Assembly (NCBI GenBank): GCA_033763455.1
Contig: JANRKO010000027.1
Location: 28,604-92,603 of the forward strand
Direction: 5' to 3'
Length of the DNA stretch: 64,000 nucleotides
From: Polyangiaceae bacterium
GTDB lineage: Bacteria; Myxococcota_A; Polyangia; Polyangiales; Polyangiaceae
Made by a program: the position numbers and the translations under genes. The notes beneath the pieces are model-generated. The model ran no database searches and had not been told where the DNA came from. It worked only from the letters and a program-made list of their open reading frames with translations. Below, in pieces: positions 38,659 to 48,208 of the stretch; the stretch's first letter is position 1, and every line of letters starts with the position of its first letter.

Positions 38659-40095
38659 ATGACCGTCCGCGTTCGTTTTGCTCCCTCACCGAGCGGGTAC
38701 CTTCACCTAGGCTTGGCTCGAACCGCGCTCTTTAGCTGGCTATGGGCCAGAAAAATGGGCGGCACTTTCGTGCTCCGCGTGGAAGACACGGACCAAGACC
38801 GGAGCAGCATTGAAAGTGTGCGCGCCATCTTAGATTCATTGCGCTGGCTGGGGCTTGATTGGGACGAGGGTCCAGAGGTCGGGGGCGCTCACGGGCCCTA
38901 CTTTCAGAGCGAACGGCGAGATCTGTACAAAGCTGCGGTGGAACGCTTGATCGCCGAAAAAAAGGCGTTTCGTTGCTTTTGCACCAAGGAAGAGCTGGAC
39001 AAAGCGCGCCAGGAGCTGAAGGCGCAAAACCCGAAAGCCCAATTCGTATACCCAGGCACCTGTCGAGAGCGGCACGATCAGCCTGATTTGCCCCACGTGG
39101 TGCGCTTCAAGACCCCGAAAGAGGGCTCCACAGACTTCGTAGACAAGGTCTTTGGGCACATCAGCACCCCCAATAAAGAGCAGCAAGATTTCGTGCTGAT
39201 GCGATCCGATGGCTTCCCTTTGTACAACCTTGCCTGCGTCGTGGACGACCATGGGATGGGCATTGACCTTGTGACGCGCGGACGAGATCACATTGGCAAC
39301 ACCCCCCTCCAAATCCTGCTCTATCGAGCACTCGGTTACACCGAACCTGAGTTTGCCCACCTGCCGATGATTCTGAACGCAAAAGGCGAAAAACTCAGTA
39401 AACGCCATGGTGCCGTGGGTGTTCAAGATTACCGAGACCGCGGCTACCCGCCCGCAAGCGTATTGAATTATCTGGCGCGATTTGGTTGGTCCCATGGCGA
39501 CCGCGAGATCTTTTCGCCCACTGAACTTCAAAGCCTGTTCGATTGGGAGCACGTGAACAAAAGCGACGGCCGCTTCGACGACAAGAAATTCTTGGCCACT
39601 TCTTTTGAACATTTGAAAACCGAAGCGCTCATGCCGGGTGCAGAATATGCGTCGCTGCTTGCTCCGCTCCTTGGGGCGCGCGGCTTGACGGTGCATCGAC
39701 CCGAACAACTCACAGGTGCGATAGAGACCATTAGGCCTCGCGCACGAACCCTGTTGGAGGCCGCTGACGCGGTTGACTACTACTTCCGTGAGCCCCCAGA
39801 ATTTGATCTGAAGGCGCGTGAGAAGTTCCTCATCCCGGCGGCGGCTCCACATCTGGAGAGCTTGGCGGATGTGCTTGAAACGGTTACGGATTGGCGCGCA
39901 CAGCCCCTCGACGCTTGTTTCCACGGTTGGCTTGAGCAGCACGGCTTGGAGATGAAAGACGTGGCCCAAGCCGCACGCGTTGCACTCACCGGCCGAAGCG
40001 CGAGCCCTGCACTGTTCGAAGTGATGGCGGTGCTCGGATCCAACCTCTCGCTTTCTCGCCTACGACGTGGGGCCCGCCTAGCCCGTGGCGAATAA
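38659..40095 (+). CDS. gltX: Glutamate--tRNA ligase
   Basis: VRFAPSPSGYLHLG, LRVEDTD, YNLACVVDD, KLSKRHG, anticodon domain RVALTG. Confidence 0.97.
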   Translation: MTVRVRFAPSPSGYLHLGLARTALFSWLWARKMGGTFVLRVEDTDQDRSSIESVRAILDSLRWLGLDWDEGPEVGGAHGPYFQSERRDLYKAAVERLIAEKKAFRCFCTKEELDKARQELKAQNPKAQFVYPGTCRERHDQPDLPHVVRFKTPKEGSTDFVDKVFGHISTPNKEQQDFVLMRSDGFPLYNLACVVDDHGMGIDLVTRGRDHIGNTPLQILLYRALGYTEPEFAHLPMILNAKGEKLSKRHGAVGVQDYRDRGYPPASVLNYLARFGWSHGDREIFSPTELQSLFDWEHVNKSDGRFDDKKFLATSFEHLKTEALMPGAEYASLLAPLLGARGLTVHRPEQLTGAIETIRPRARTLLEAADAVDYYFREPPEFDLKAREKFLIPAAAPHLESLADVLETVTDWRAQPLDACFHGWLEQHGLEMKDVAQAARVALTGRSASPALFEVMAVLGSNLSLSRLRRGARLARGE

Positions 40096-40110
40096 CGGAG
40101 CGTCAAAGGC

Positions 40111-41082
40111 GTGAACCCGACACCGGCACAGATCGCGGAACAACTGCAATTCCCTCTGTCAACGTTCAAGGGGGTTTCCTGGCTGGACGCGTTGCTCGGC
40201 TATACGCCCTTCAAGGCCCTGATGCCGTTGCCCATCTTGGCGCTTCTGGCTCCAGGAATTTACCTGTTTTTCCGTAAAACGTGGAAGGCTCTGGATCAGG
40301 AGGCCACCGAGCACCGGTTAGCGCTCAGCCGCTCCGGTGGAACTGACTTTCGCCCCGCCGTGGCACTGGGCCTCGTAGCTGCCATCCTCACGCTCCAAGA
40401 GTATTACGGCGGCCGTACGTTGTTTGAGTCGATCTTTCGTCCCTGGCTCACCGAGCTGCAGGTGAAATATCCACAGTACATCAACCTGGCCAAGTGGGGC
40501 GATTTCTACGGTTACTGCTGGTGGGTGGGTGCACGCGTGATCGGCTATGTATTCGTACCGTTTGCGCTCTGGAAGGTGCTATTCCCAAAGGACAGCCTCC
40601 TTGACATGGGGCTTCGCGGCCGCGGTTTCTTTTCACACCTCTGGATTTACGGGCTCTGCCTCGCGGTGGTGCTTCCCGCTATGTGGGCCGTGGCTCACCA
40701 GCCAGATTTCGGAACGTACTACCCGTTCTACAAGCTAAGCTCGCGCAGCTGGTTCGATCTCCTGCTCTGGGAAGGCATCTACGGGTTGCAGTTCTTTGCC
40801 CTTGAGCTCTTCTTCCGGGGCTGGATGTTGGGCGCCCTGCGTCGCTCGCTCGGCTCCAGCGCCATTTTCGTCATGGCGGTGCCTTACTGCATGATCCACT
40901 ACGGAAAGCCGTATCTTGAGGCTCATGGGGCCATCGTGGCCGGTATCGTTTTGGGATCACTCTCGATGCGCACGCGGAGTATTTACGCCGGGTTCCTCGT
41001 GCACATCACGGTCGCGTACCTGATGGACATCGGGTCTTTGTGGCACCGAGCCGCTCTGCCAACGGTATTTTGGCCGAGCTGA
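40111..41082 (+). CDS. CPBP (Abi/type II CAAX) intramembrane glutamic endopeptidase
   Basis: Multi-TM; LELFFRG, IHYGKP, RTRSIYAGFLVH. Confidence 0.85.
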   Translation: MNPTPAQIAEQLQFPLSTFKGVSWLDALLGYTPFKALMPLPILALLAPGIYLFFRKTWKALDQEATEHRLALSRSGGTDFRPAVALGLVAAILTLQEYYGGRTLFESIFRPWLTELQVKYPQYINLAKWGDFYGYCWWVGARVIGYVFVPFALWKVLFPKDSLLDMGLRGRGFFSHLWIYGLCLAVVLPAMWAVAHQPDFGTYYPFYKLSSRSWFDLLLWEGIYGLQFFALELFFRGWMLGALRRSLGSSAIFVMAVPYCMIHYGKPYLEAHGAIVAGIVLGSLSMRTRSIYAGFLVHITVAYLMDIGSLWHRAALPTVFWPS

Positions 41083-41147
41083 CGGGCCGCAGGCTCCTTT
41101 TAACTTGCTAGAGCGGCCTGGTTTGTGATTCTTGGGCCTGCAGAAAC

Positions 41148-43076
41148 GTGGAGAAATTAGCTGTGGGAGAAGCTCAGTTGAACGACAAGCGCTGGACTCG
41201 AGAACAAAGCGCGGCGCTTTATCAGATCGCGGGCTGGGGCACGCATTACTTCTCCGTCAACGCCGATGGCCGCGTGGAAGTAACGCCGGATCCCACCACC
41301 CAGCGTTCGGTGGATCTGCATGAGCTAGTCGAACAACTGACGGCGCGCGGACTCGACTTGCCGCTCTTGATCCGTTTTTCAGACATCATCCAGGACCGCA
41401 TTCGTCGCATCAACACGGCGTTTTCTCAGGCCATCACCGAATACGAGTATGCTGGTATCTATCGCGGTGTGTATCCGGTTAAAGTGAACCAGCAACGGCA
41501 CCTCGTCGACGAGATCGTCGAATTTGGGCAGCCTTGGAAATTTGGCCTGGAAGCTGGCTCAAAGCCTGAGCTTTTGATCGCGTTGGCCGCCATGAAAGAT
41601 CACGGCGGGCTCATCATCTGCAACGGTTACAAAGACCTGAAATACATGGAGACAGCGCTTCTGGCGCAGCGTTTCGACAAAACCGTGATTGTGGTTTTGG
41701 AGCGTATTGAAGAGGTGGAAACAATCCTGCAAGCCTCTGAGAAGCTCGGCATCAGGCCGCTCCTCGGTGTGCGCGCCAAGCTCACCACCAAGGGCGTGGG
41801 GCGTTGGGGAAGCTCCACGGGTGATCGCGCGAAATTCGGCCTCAGCACGGTTGAGATAGTGAAGCTCGTCGACAGGCTGGCCGAGAAGGGCATGCTGGAT
41901 TGCCTGCAGCTGCTTCACTTCCACATCGGCAGCCAAATTTCGAGCATTATTCCCATCAAGAACGCACTCCAGGAAGCCTCGAACATCTATGTGGAGCTCG
42001 CTAAAATGGGCTGCCAAATGGGTTACTTGGACGTCGGCGGCGGCCTCGCCATCGATTACGACGGCTCGAAGACGGATTTTCACGCGTCCCGCAACTACAC
42101 GCTCGAAGAATACGCGGCGGATGTTGTAGCTCATGTGCAGGCCTCTTGCTCCAAGGCCAACCTACAGGTGCCAACGCTGGTGAGCGAAAGTGGCCGGGCC
42201 ATTGCCGCTCACCACTCCGTCTTAGTATTTGAAGTGGTGGGCGCCAATACGATCAACGCCGGAACGCCGACTGAGCCGCCCGCCGGTTCTCACCGTTTGT
42301 TGCGTGAGCTCTACGAAACGCACAACGGGGTGCAGCCGAAGAACCTTCAGGAGAGCTACCACGACGCAAGCCAGGCCAAGGAAGAGGCACAGAGCCTATT
42401 CAAGTATGGCTACTTGGGGCTGCGCGAACGTGCGGAGGCCGAACGCCTCTTCTGGAGCTGCTGCGAAAAAATTCGGGACACCCTGCGCCGCATCAAAGAG
42501 GTGCCCGAAGAGCTTTCCCACCTTGAGAGCATGCTTTCGGCAATCTACTACTGCAATTTCTCGATCTTTCAGTCCGCTCCCGACATCTGGGCGATCGATC
42601 AACTCTTCCCCATCATGCCCATCCATCGCTTGGATGAAGAGCCTGAAATTAATGCCACGCTCGCCGATCTCACCTGCGATAGCGACGGCATGATCGACCG
42701 CTTCATCGACATCGAAGACGTGAAAAACTCACTCCGAGTGCACACACTCAAGCCGAACGAGCCCTATTACCTCGGCATGTTCTTGAACGGCGCGTATCAG
42801 GAAATATTGGGGGATTTGCACAACCTGTTCGGGGACACCAACGCCGCCTTCGTGCGCCTCACCGACGATGGCTTTCAAATCAGCCACGTGGTGAAGGGTG
42901 ATTCGGTTTCTGAGGTTCTGAAGTACGTGGAGTACGATCCGGCAACCATGCTGGAATCCGTGCGCCATCAGGCGGAAAAGGCGCTCGCACGTGGCAGTCT
43001 CACCCGCGAGCAGATGCGCACCCTGCTGCAACACTACGAAGAAGCACTCCGGAGTTATACCTACCTCACGGAATAG
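41148..43076 (+). CDS. speA: Biosynthetic arginine decarboxylase
   Basis: GVYPVKVNQ, EAGSKPEL, HFHIGSQI, DVGGGL, DLTCDSDG, GAYQEILGDLHNLFG. Confidence 0.97.
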   Translation: MEKLAVGEAQLNDKRWTREQSAALYQIAGWGTHYFSVNADGRVEVTPDPTTQRSVDLHELVEQLTARGLDLPLLIRFSDIIQDRIRRINTAFSQAITEYEYAGIYRGVYPVKVNQQRHLVDEIVEFGQPWKFGLEAGSKPELLIALAAMKDHGGLIICNGYKDLKYMETALLAQRFDKTVIVVLERIEEVETILQASEKLGIRPLLGVRAKLTTKGVGRWGSSTGDRAKFGLSTVEIVKLVDRLAEKGMLDCLQLLHFHIGSQISSIIPIKNALQEASNIYVELAKMGCQMGYLDVGGGLAIDYDGSKTDFHASRNYTLEEYAADVVAHVQASCSKANLQVPTLVSESGRAIAAHHSVLVFEVVGANTINAGTPTEPPAGSHRLLRELYETHNGVQPKNLQESYHDASQAKEEAQSLFKYGYLGLRERAEAERLFWSCCEKIRDTLRRIKEVPEELSHLESMLSAIYYCNFSIFQSAPDIWAIDQLFPIMPIHRLDEEPEINATLADLTCDSDGMIDRFIDIEDVKNSLRVHTLKPNEPYYLGMFLNGAYQEILGDLHNLFGDTNAAFVRLTDDGFQISHVVKGDSVSEVLKYVEYDPATMLESVRHQAEKALARGSLTREQMRTLLQHYEEALRSYTYLTE

Positions 43077-43192
43077 CGAGAATAGGCGGGAATTCCGGGC
43101 GCGTGGATGGGTACATCGACGGCGTCTCAAAAGACCGCAGCCACCGTTGCTACGCCCTTAATTTGAGGGAACAAGGTGCCGCTTCTGGGCGC

Positions 43193-43777
43193 ATGACAAG
43201 CCCTATCTGCAACCCGCCGTTCGGTCGCCGAGCCTTACTCGCAGGCGTGTGTACTGCCGCGGCGGAGTCCCTGCTCTCCAGCCCCGCCCACGCGACGCTC
43301 TTTCGGGGTGTGCCGTTGAAAGAGCTGACGCAGCTGAGCCAACGAGTGGTGATAGGGAGCGCGCTTGAAGCCGCGTCCCACTGGGAGGTTATCGGCGGAC
43401 GGCGGCGCATCGTGACCGACACGCGCGTGCTCGTTGAAGAGGTCGTTGCCAAAAATGCCCCCGCACAGGGCGAGCTCTTGGTGAGGACTCTCGGCGGCAC
43501 CGTCGGAGGCATGGCAGCACTGGTTTTCGGTGAAGCATCTCTCGAGCTCGGGCAACGCTCGATGCTGTTCCTGATGAGCGATGGCAGCTTCGAGCGGATC
43601 ACCGCCATGGCGCAAGGTCACTACCCTCTGCGCCTAGAGGCCAAAGACGCTTGGCGCGTTTTTGCTAGCCCCCACACACCCGAGCTCGTGGGCAAACTCG
43701 AACCCGCCGTGCATCTACTGGCAGGCAAGGAACTCGGACGTGCCAGGATGCTCATTCAACAGGTGGTAGCCCAATGA
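43193..43777 (+). CDS. Tat-exported hypothetical protein (prodomain/TIMP-like)
   Basis: FGRRALLAG twin-Arg motif and AHA cleavage site; LKELTQLSQRVVIG..SHW..IVT..LGGTVG..G..LFL; ATGA overlap with the next gene. Confidence 0.7.
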   Translation: MTSPICNPPFGRRALLAGVCTAAAESLLSSPAHATLFRGVPLKELTQLSQRVVIGSALEAASHWEVIGGRRRIVTDTRVLVEEVVAKNAPAQGELLVRTLGGTVGGMAALVFGEASLELGQRSMLFLMSDGSFERITAMAQGHYPLRLEAKDAWRVFASPHTPELVGKLEPAVHLLAGKELGRARMLIQQVVAQ

Positions 43778-44637
43778 GGCGCGCCCCCACCGGCTGGTTC
43801 GTAGTAGCGGGAGCGCTCTGTTCTTTGCTCGGAAGCAGCACTGCACACGCTTTTTGCCGCAGCAACTCTTGCGACCCAGCGCGCGGTGAAGTCTGCACAG
43901 TAGATGCCGACGGCTGCCGCCAGGGGGGAAAACTTCTGTATTGGCAGACGGACGCCATACCATTTTCGGTTCAATCCGACGGCTCGGCCAAGAACAAGAT
44001 CACTTCTGCAAGCTTCGAGGCCGTGATTGAAAAGGCTTTCGACACCTGGACGGGGGTCGACTGTGGCGGAGGGAAACACCCGGGCCTCAGTACGATGAAC
44101 GTTGGGCAAACGACGATCAACACGATCGGTTACGTGAATGATGCGAGTAACGCCAACGTGTTCCTATTCCGCGACGACACCTGGCTTGCGACCGTTCCAG
44201 GCAGCGCGCTTGCCCTCACCACCGTATCTTACGATTGGCATACCGGGCGGATCTACGGCGCTGATGTGGAAGTGAATGGAACCGGGGGCAACATCACCAA
44301 CGGCGCCATCACCGACGGCGCAGACTTGCCGTCCATTATTCTGCACGAAACAGGGCATTTTTTTGGCCTAGACCACGCCCGCTCGCCCAGTGCGACCATG
44401 TACATCATGTACGAAGCCGGCAAGGGCAACCTGCGAGTACTCGATCCGGATGACATCTCGGGCATGTGCGCCATGTACCCGCCTTTGATGAAAGCTGTAA
44501 CGATGGAAACTCCCGCGGGGCCGAGCAAGGCCGGGTGTTCGGTGATCGGAGGAAGGGCGGACCTAAGCTGCAACTTTGTAGGATTGCTCGCTACAGCCAG
44601 TGTCGCGAGCGCGGCGTTACGAAGGCGCAAGAAGTAA
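43774..44637 (+). CDS. Matrixin-family metalloprotease with MYXO-CTERM-like tail
   Basis: Signal peptide (AHA/FC); HETGHFFGLDH; ATMY Met-turn; DDISGMCAMYP; C-terminal GCSV + hydrophobic stretch + RRRKK. Confidence 0.87.
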   Translation: MRRAPTGWFVVAGALCSLLGSSTAHAFCRSNSCDPARGEVCTVDADGCRQGGKLLYWQTDAIPFSVQSDGSAKNKITSASFEAVIEKAFDTWTGVDCGGGKHPGLSTMNVGQTTINTIGYVNDASNANVFLFRDDTWLATVPGSALALTTVSYDWHTGRIYGADVEVNGTGGNITNGAITDGADLPSIILHETGHFFGLDHARSPSATMYIMYEAGKGNLRVLDPDDISGMCAMYPPLMKAVTMETPAGPSKAGCSVIGGRADLSCNFVGLLATASVASAALRRRKK

Positions 44638-44653
44638 GGTGCCTCGTGCCGCC

Positions 44654-44693
44654 GTCTCCCCCACCAGAGCGAAGTGACTGGTAGGGGGGAGAC
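44654..44693 (+). terminator. Hairpin downstream of the matrixin gene
   Basis: GTCTCCCCC-ACCAG...CTGGT-AG-GGGGGAGAC inverted repeat 17 nt after the stop; no U tract. Confidence 0.45.
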
Positions 44694-44744
44694 CGCCGAG
44701 CGCTCCGGCGCGCGAGGCGAGTGGGGGCATCCCAAGAAGAACTG

Positions 44745-44843
44745 TCCTATATAAAGACCCAGGATCCATGCAAGTATATAATATTTATGGTTTTATTTTA
44801 TAAAAATAGTGTCCATTGAACTGTCCATTGAAGTGGCCATACT
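44745..44843 (+). promoter_or_regulatory. AT-rich promoter region with 12-bp direct repeats upstream of fic
   Basis: aagtatataatatttatggttttattttataaaaatag in a GC-rich context, then gTGTCCATTGAA cTGTCCATTGAA gTGgCCAT; CATACT hexamer at 44838-44843. Confidence 0.6.
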
Positions 44844-44852
44844 GTGGCCGTG

Positions 44853-46097
44853 ATGGCCCATTTGTCCACAGCTTCCTTTCAACCCCTGGTGCCAGGAGAA
44901 CGTGCGCTTCCGCGGTTGCTCGAGAGCGCCAGTGCCATCATCGCAGAGGCGCATGGGTTGGGCGCGGGCGCAGGAGCCCTGGCCGAGACACTCCGTCCGC
45001 TGTTGCGCGCGATGAACAGCTTCTACACCAATCTCATCGAAGGGCAGCACACCCAACCAGCAGACATCGAACGAGCCCTGAGCCGACGCTTTGACGCAGA
45101 CGACAAGCTTGCGCGCAAGCAACGCCTTGCGCTGGCACACATTGCCGCCGAAGAAGAACTGGAGGCGGCGCTTCACTCGACGGACCATCCGAGTGGCCTG
45201 TTCAGCGCCGAGCACGTGCGGCGCGTACACGTTGCTATCTATGAAAAGCTGCCCCCTGCGGATCGCCTGACGGACGAAGGGCTTCCAATCGAACCGGGGG
45301 TGTTTCGGAGCCAAAAAGTGCGAGCCGGGCTTCACATTCCTCCACCCGCCAAGAGCGTCCCCCCTCTACTCGAAGCCTGGAGCGCAACCTATCGATCCCT
45401 TCCCGGCGTGGAAAAACTGGTGGTCGGCGTAGCGTGTTCACACCACCGCTTGTTGTGGGTACATCCGTTTCTGGACGGAAACGGGCGGACGGCGCGGCTG
45501 CATTCGCACCTGGTACTGGCAGCGCTCGGTCTCACGCACGGCTTATGGTCTCCACTCCGGGGCATGGCGCGCCAACGTGAAGCCTATTACGCGCGCCTGA
45601 ACAACGCTGATTTGCCGCGACGCAACGATCTAGACGGCAGGGGAAATCTCTCTCAAGAGGAGCTCGTGGCGTTCTGCAGCTGGTTCCTGGAGGTGTGCCT
45701 GGATCAGGTAACCTTCATGCGCACGTTGCTGGCCCTAGATCAACTACGGCCACGGCTCGTGGAGCTCTTACACTGGCTTGCTGTGAATCCCTGGCCGATG
45801 GGGAGTGAAAGCTCACTCGTTAAGAGCGATGCCCTCGAGGCGCTCCACTACGTTGCGCTGGTGGGGCCCGTGGAGCGAAGTCGATTCATGGCCATGACGG
45901 GCCTACCTCCACGTACCGCGCGCCGCATCCTCGCGAGCCTCATCGACTACGGCGTGTTGGTCGCATCCACACCGCGAGCGCCGGTAACTTTCGCTGTGCC
46001 CCAGAGTAGTCTCCGTCTACTTTTTCCCCGTCTCTGGCCCGAGGCTGAGAGCAGCGCAGCTCTAAAGCCCACACCACGGCTGCGCCCGTTGGCGTAG
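44853..46097 (+). CDS. Fic family protein (class II, C-terminal wHTH)
   Basis: HPFLDGNGRTAR; N-terminal inhibitory motif TNLIEG; C-terminal HTH-like TGLPPRTARRILASLIDYGVL; start at 44844, 44850 or 44853. Confidence 0.92.
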   Translation: MAHLSTASFQPLVPGERALPRLLESASAIIAEAHGLGAGAGALAETLRPLLRAMNSFYTNLIEGQHTQPADIERALSRRFDADDKLARKQRLALAHIAAEEELEAALHSTDHPSGLFSAEHVRRVHVAIYEKLPPADRLTDEGLPIEPGVFRSQKVRAGLHIPPPAKSVPPLLEAWSATYRSLPGVEKLVVGVACSHHRLLWVHPFLDGNGRTARLHSHLVLAALGLTHGLWSPLRGMARQREAYYARLNNADLPRRNDLDGRGNLSQEELVAFCSWFLEVCLDQVTFMRTLLALDQLRPRLVELLHWLAVNPWPMGSESSLVKSDALEALHYVALVGPVERSRFMAMTGLPPRTARRILASLIDYGVLVASTPRAPVTFAVPQSSLRLLFPRLWPEAESSAALKPTPRLRPLA

Positions 46098-46131
46098 CTG
46101 GCCGCGATCGGTTCTTTTCGCGATGAGGCGC

Positions 46132-48072
46132 TCAGAATTCGCAGTCGTTGGGCGTGGCGCGCGTGTCGTTATCCGGTGCGCCTGGAACGTAATCCACGGT
46201 GATATCCGACTTGCTCGGAGCCGTACCCGGCGTTGTCGCGTCATTGCCGCCGTCGCACTCGAACAGATCCGCGTTGAGATCGCCTTCAAGCACATCGGTG
46301 CCGTCACCCCCGTGCATCAGATCATTGCCTGGGCCGCCGATAAGAATGTCGTCGCCGGCTCCACCGTAAAGAGTATCAACGGCGTCCAGGCCTCGGAGCG
46401 TGTCTGCCCCGGCGCCGCCAACCAGCGTATCGGCAGCAACGCCACCGGTGATCCAATTGTCATTGGCGTCCCCGGTAATCGTGTTCGCCGCCGTAGAACT
46501 GCCGATAATGCTTTGGCAGCGCACCTCATCCTTTTCTGCCCCCGCTGTTTCGACGAACGTCCACGTGGCAGCCGAATCATCGGTCCAACTGGTATTGGCC
46601 GCTGTGTCGGTGGAGTTCAAGACCACCGTGGTTGCATTCGTGACCGACGCGATACGGTAGGAGCCATTGTCGTTGCCTCCGGTAGAGCCTGTTATCACCA
46701 GCAATCGCCCAACCGACCCGGCGTTCATGTTAGAAAGGCCGGTAACCGTATTCGTGCTAGCCGTGATGGTCGCTCCCGGGGTGGCGGCCGTGGCCGACTG
46801 CACGATGCGTGTAGTTGCCGGATCACCGTCGTTCGCATCCGCCCCGCCACCTCCCGCAGAATTCATCGTCACGGTGAGAGGTTGCGTGCGCGCACTGTAA
46901 TTGACAGTGGCCTTGCTACCAATGAATAGGTCATCGCCATCCACTTGGAGCACCGTGTTACCACCCATGAGGGTATCGTTCCCGTTGCCGCCCGTGAGCG
47001 TATCGTTGCCGGGGCCACCCATTAACGTGTGTTTTTTGGCACTCCCCGCGGCGGATAGAGAATCGTTCCCGTTGCCACCGATCACCACCGATACTGTATC
47101 GGGAATAGTGTCATTTTCGCCCGCTTCGCCGCTAGCCGCCGTTCCGTTCAACAGCACTGAGACAGTATTGAAACGCTGGCTGTAATCCACCGTATCGACG
47201 GCTCCCGTAGCGACCACCATGATGTCAGTGCCATCCTGAGTCGCGCTGCATGCAAAGGTATTGTTGCCCGCGCCGCCATTCAATGTGTCGTTTCCGGCAT
47301 CTCCGCTCAGAGTGTCGCTACCGGCGCCGCCCTTGAGCGTGTCGTCATTAGCTCCACCAAAAAGAGACAGTGCATTCGGGTAGGCGGCCGTGGTCCCGAA
47401 CAGGCCCGTGCCGTCAAGAATGTCATTACCGGCACCGGCTGAGGCCACTACTTTCTCAGCACCCACAATACTGACATCCGCGAAGGAATCGTCCCCGCCG
47501 CTGCTCCCGCCGTTCACGTTCAGAAGGTGCGTGTTGGCGACAGTACCCTTTCCGAAATAGTAGCGATCCACTCCGGAAGTGCCCCGTACGGTCAAGGTAT
47601 CGTTACCACCTGTCCCAAGATTCAGGCGAACCTTCGGGCCACTCGTTGAGGTTGCCAAAGAAAAAACCCCCACCGAATAGTCCAAAAATACCCCGTGGTC
47701 GCCGGCTGTTCCCGGGTTGATAGTCACTGTAAAGGTCGCGGCGCCTTCACAGGGCGAGCCATTGGCTTGCGTTCCGTTCACACTCACGTTGCCATTCACA
47801 AGGCTCACGAACGCTGTCTCTCCGGCATTTACCGAAACGGAGATGTCGGTCGCAGTTACTGTGCAGTTGCTGCTGAGCAAAGCAAAGTGGCTCTCAACAA
47901 TACCGGGATATGCGTCCTCTGGTCGGCTCCCGCTCTTGCTGCTGTCGGTGACACTTGCGGAGCCTCCGCAAGCAACGAGGATTAGAGCGAAACACACCGA
48001 CCCCACCTTTTGGCTCTTCATTTGCCACCCACCGGAACCCCATCCCCATCGCTTGGCATCAAAACAACTCAT
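46132..48072 (-). CDS. RTX/hemolysin-type Ca-binding repeat lipoprotein (paralog A)
   Basis: Lipobox LVAC; many GGxGxDxL nonapeptides; VDYSxR motifs; ends in CEF; start ATG 48072 (GAGGAG 10 nt upstream) or 48021. Confidence 0.85.
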   Translation of the reverse strand: MSCFDAKRWGWGSGGWQMKSQKVGSVCFALILVACGGSASVTDSSKSGSRPEDAYPGIVESHFALLSSNCTVTATDISVSVNAGETAFVSLVNGNVSVNGTQANGSPCEGAATFTVTINPGTAGDHGVFLDYSVGVFSLATSTSGPKVRLNLGTGGNDTLTVRGTSGVDRYYFGKGTVANTHLLNVNGGSSGGDDSFADVSIVGAEKVVASAGAGNDILDGTGLFGTTAAYPNALSLFGGANDDTLKGGAGSDTLSGDAGNDTLNGGAGNNTFACSATQDGTDIMVVATGAVDTVDYSQRFNTVSVLLNGTAASGEAGENDTIPDTVSVVIGGNGNDSLSAAGSAKKHTLMGGPGNDTLTGGNGNDTLMGGNTVLQVDGDDLFIGSKATVNYSARTQPLTVTMNSAGGGGADANDGDPATTRIVQSATAATPGATITASTNTVTGLSNMNAGSVGRLLVITGSTGGNDNGSYRIASVTNATTVVLNSTDTAANTSWTDDSAATWTFVETAGAEKDEVRCQSIIGSSTAANTITGDANDNWITGGVAADTLVGGAGADTLRGLDAVDTLYGGAGDDILIGGPGNDLMHGGDGTDVLEGDLNADLFECDGGNDATTPGTAPSKSDITVDYVPGAPDNDTRATPNDCEF

Positions 48073-48097
48073 CGGAGCCGGTCTCCTCTACGTCGAA

Positions 48098-48208
48098 AAC
48101 TCCCCGCGTGAGCCTCGGCTGAGGCATCACTTGGGGAGCTCACTTTCCTTCACTACGTCCGGTTCAAGACCGAACTAAAGTGGGGAGCGCACCCAGGCGC
48201 TCCCCACT
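48098..48208 (-). terminator. Structured intergenic spacer: terminator-like hairpin plus a second long hairpin
   Basis: Perfect 12-bp stem AGTGGGGAGCGC/GCGCTCCCCACT (48179-48208) followed by UUAGUU on the minus strand; second stem CTCCCC-GC-GTGA-GCCTC-ggct-GAGGC-A-TCAC-TT-GGGGAG (48100-48138). Confidence 0.7.

Noticed and set aside
38836..39969. 377-aa ORF antisense to gltX, and similar antisense ORFs over hflC, speA, the RTX genes and metG
   Set aside because: Long antisense frames are expected from codon bias in GC-rich genes, and these have no motifs.
48156..48176. GGTTCAAGACC resembling a tRNA T-arm
   Set aside because: The stem is mismatched, and no acceptor stem, D-arm or anticodon arm can be built around it.
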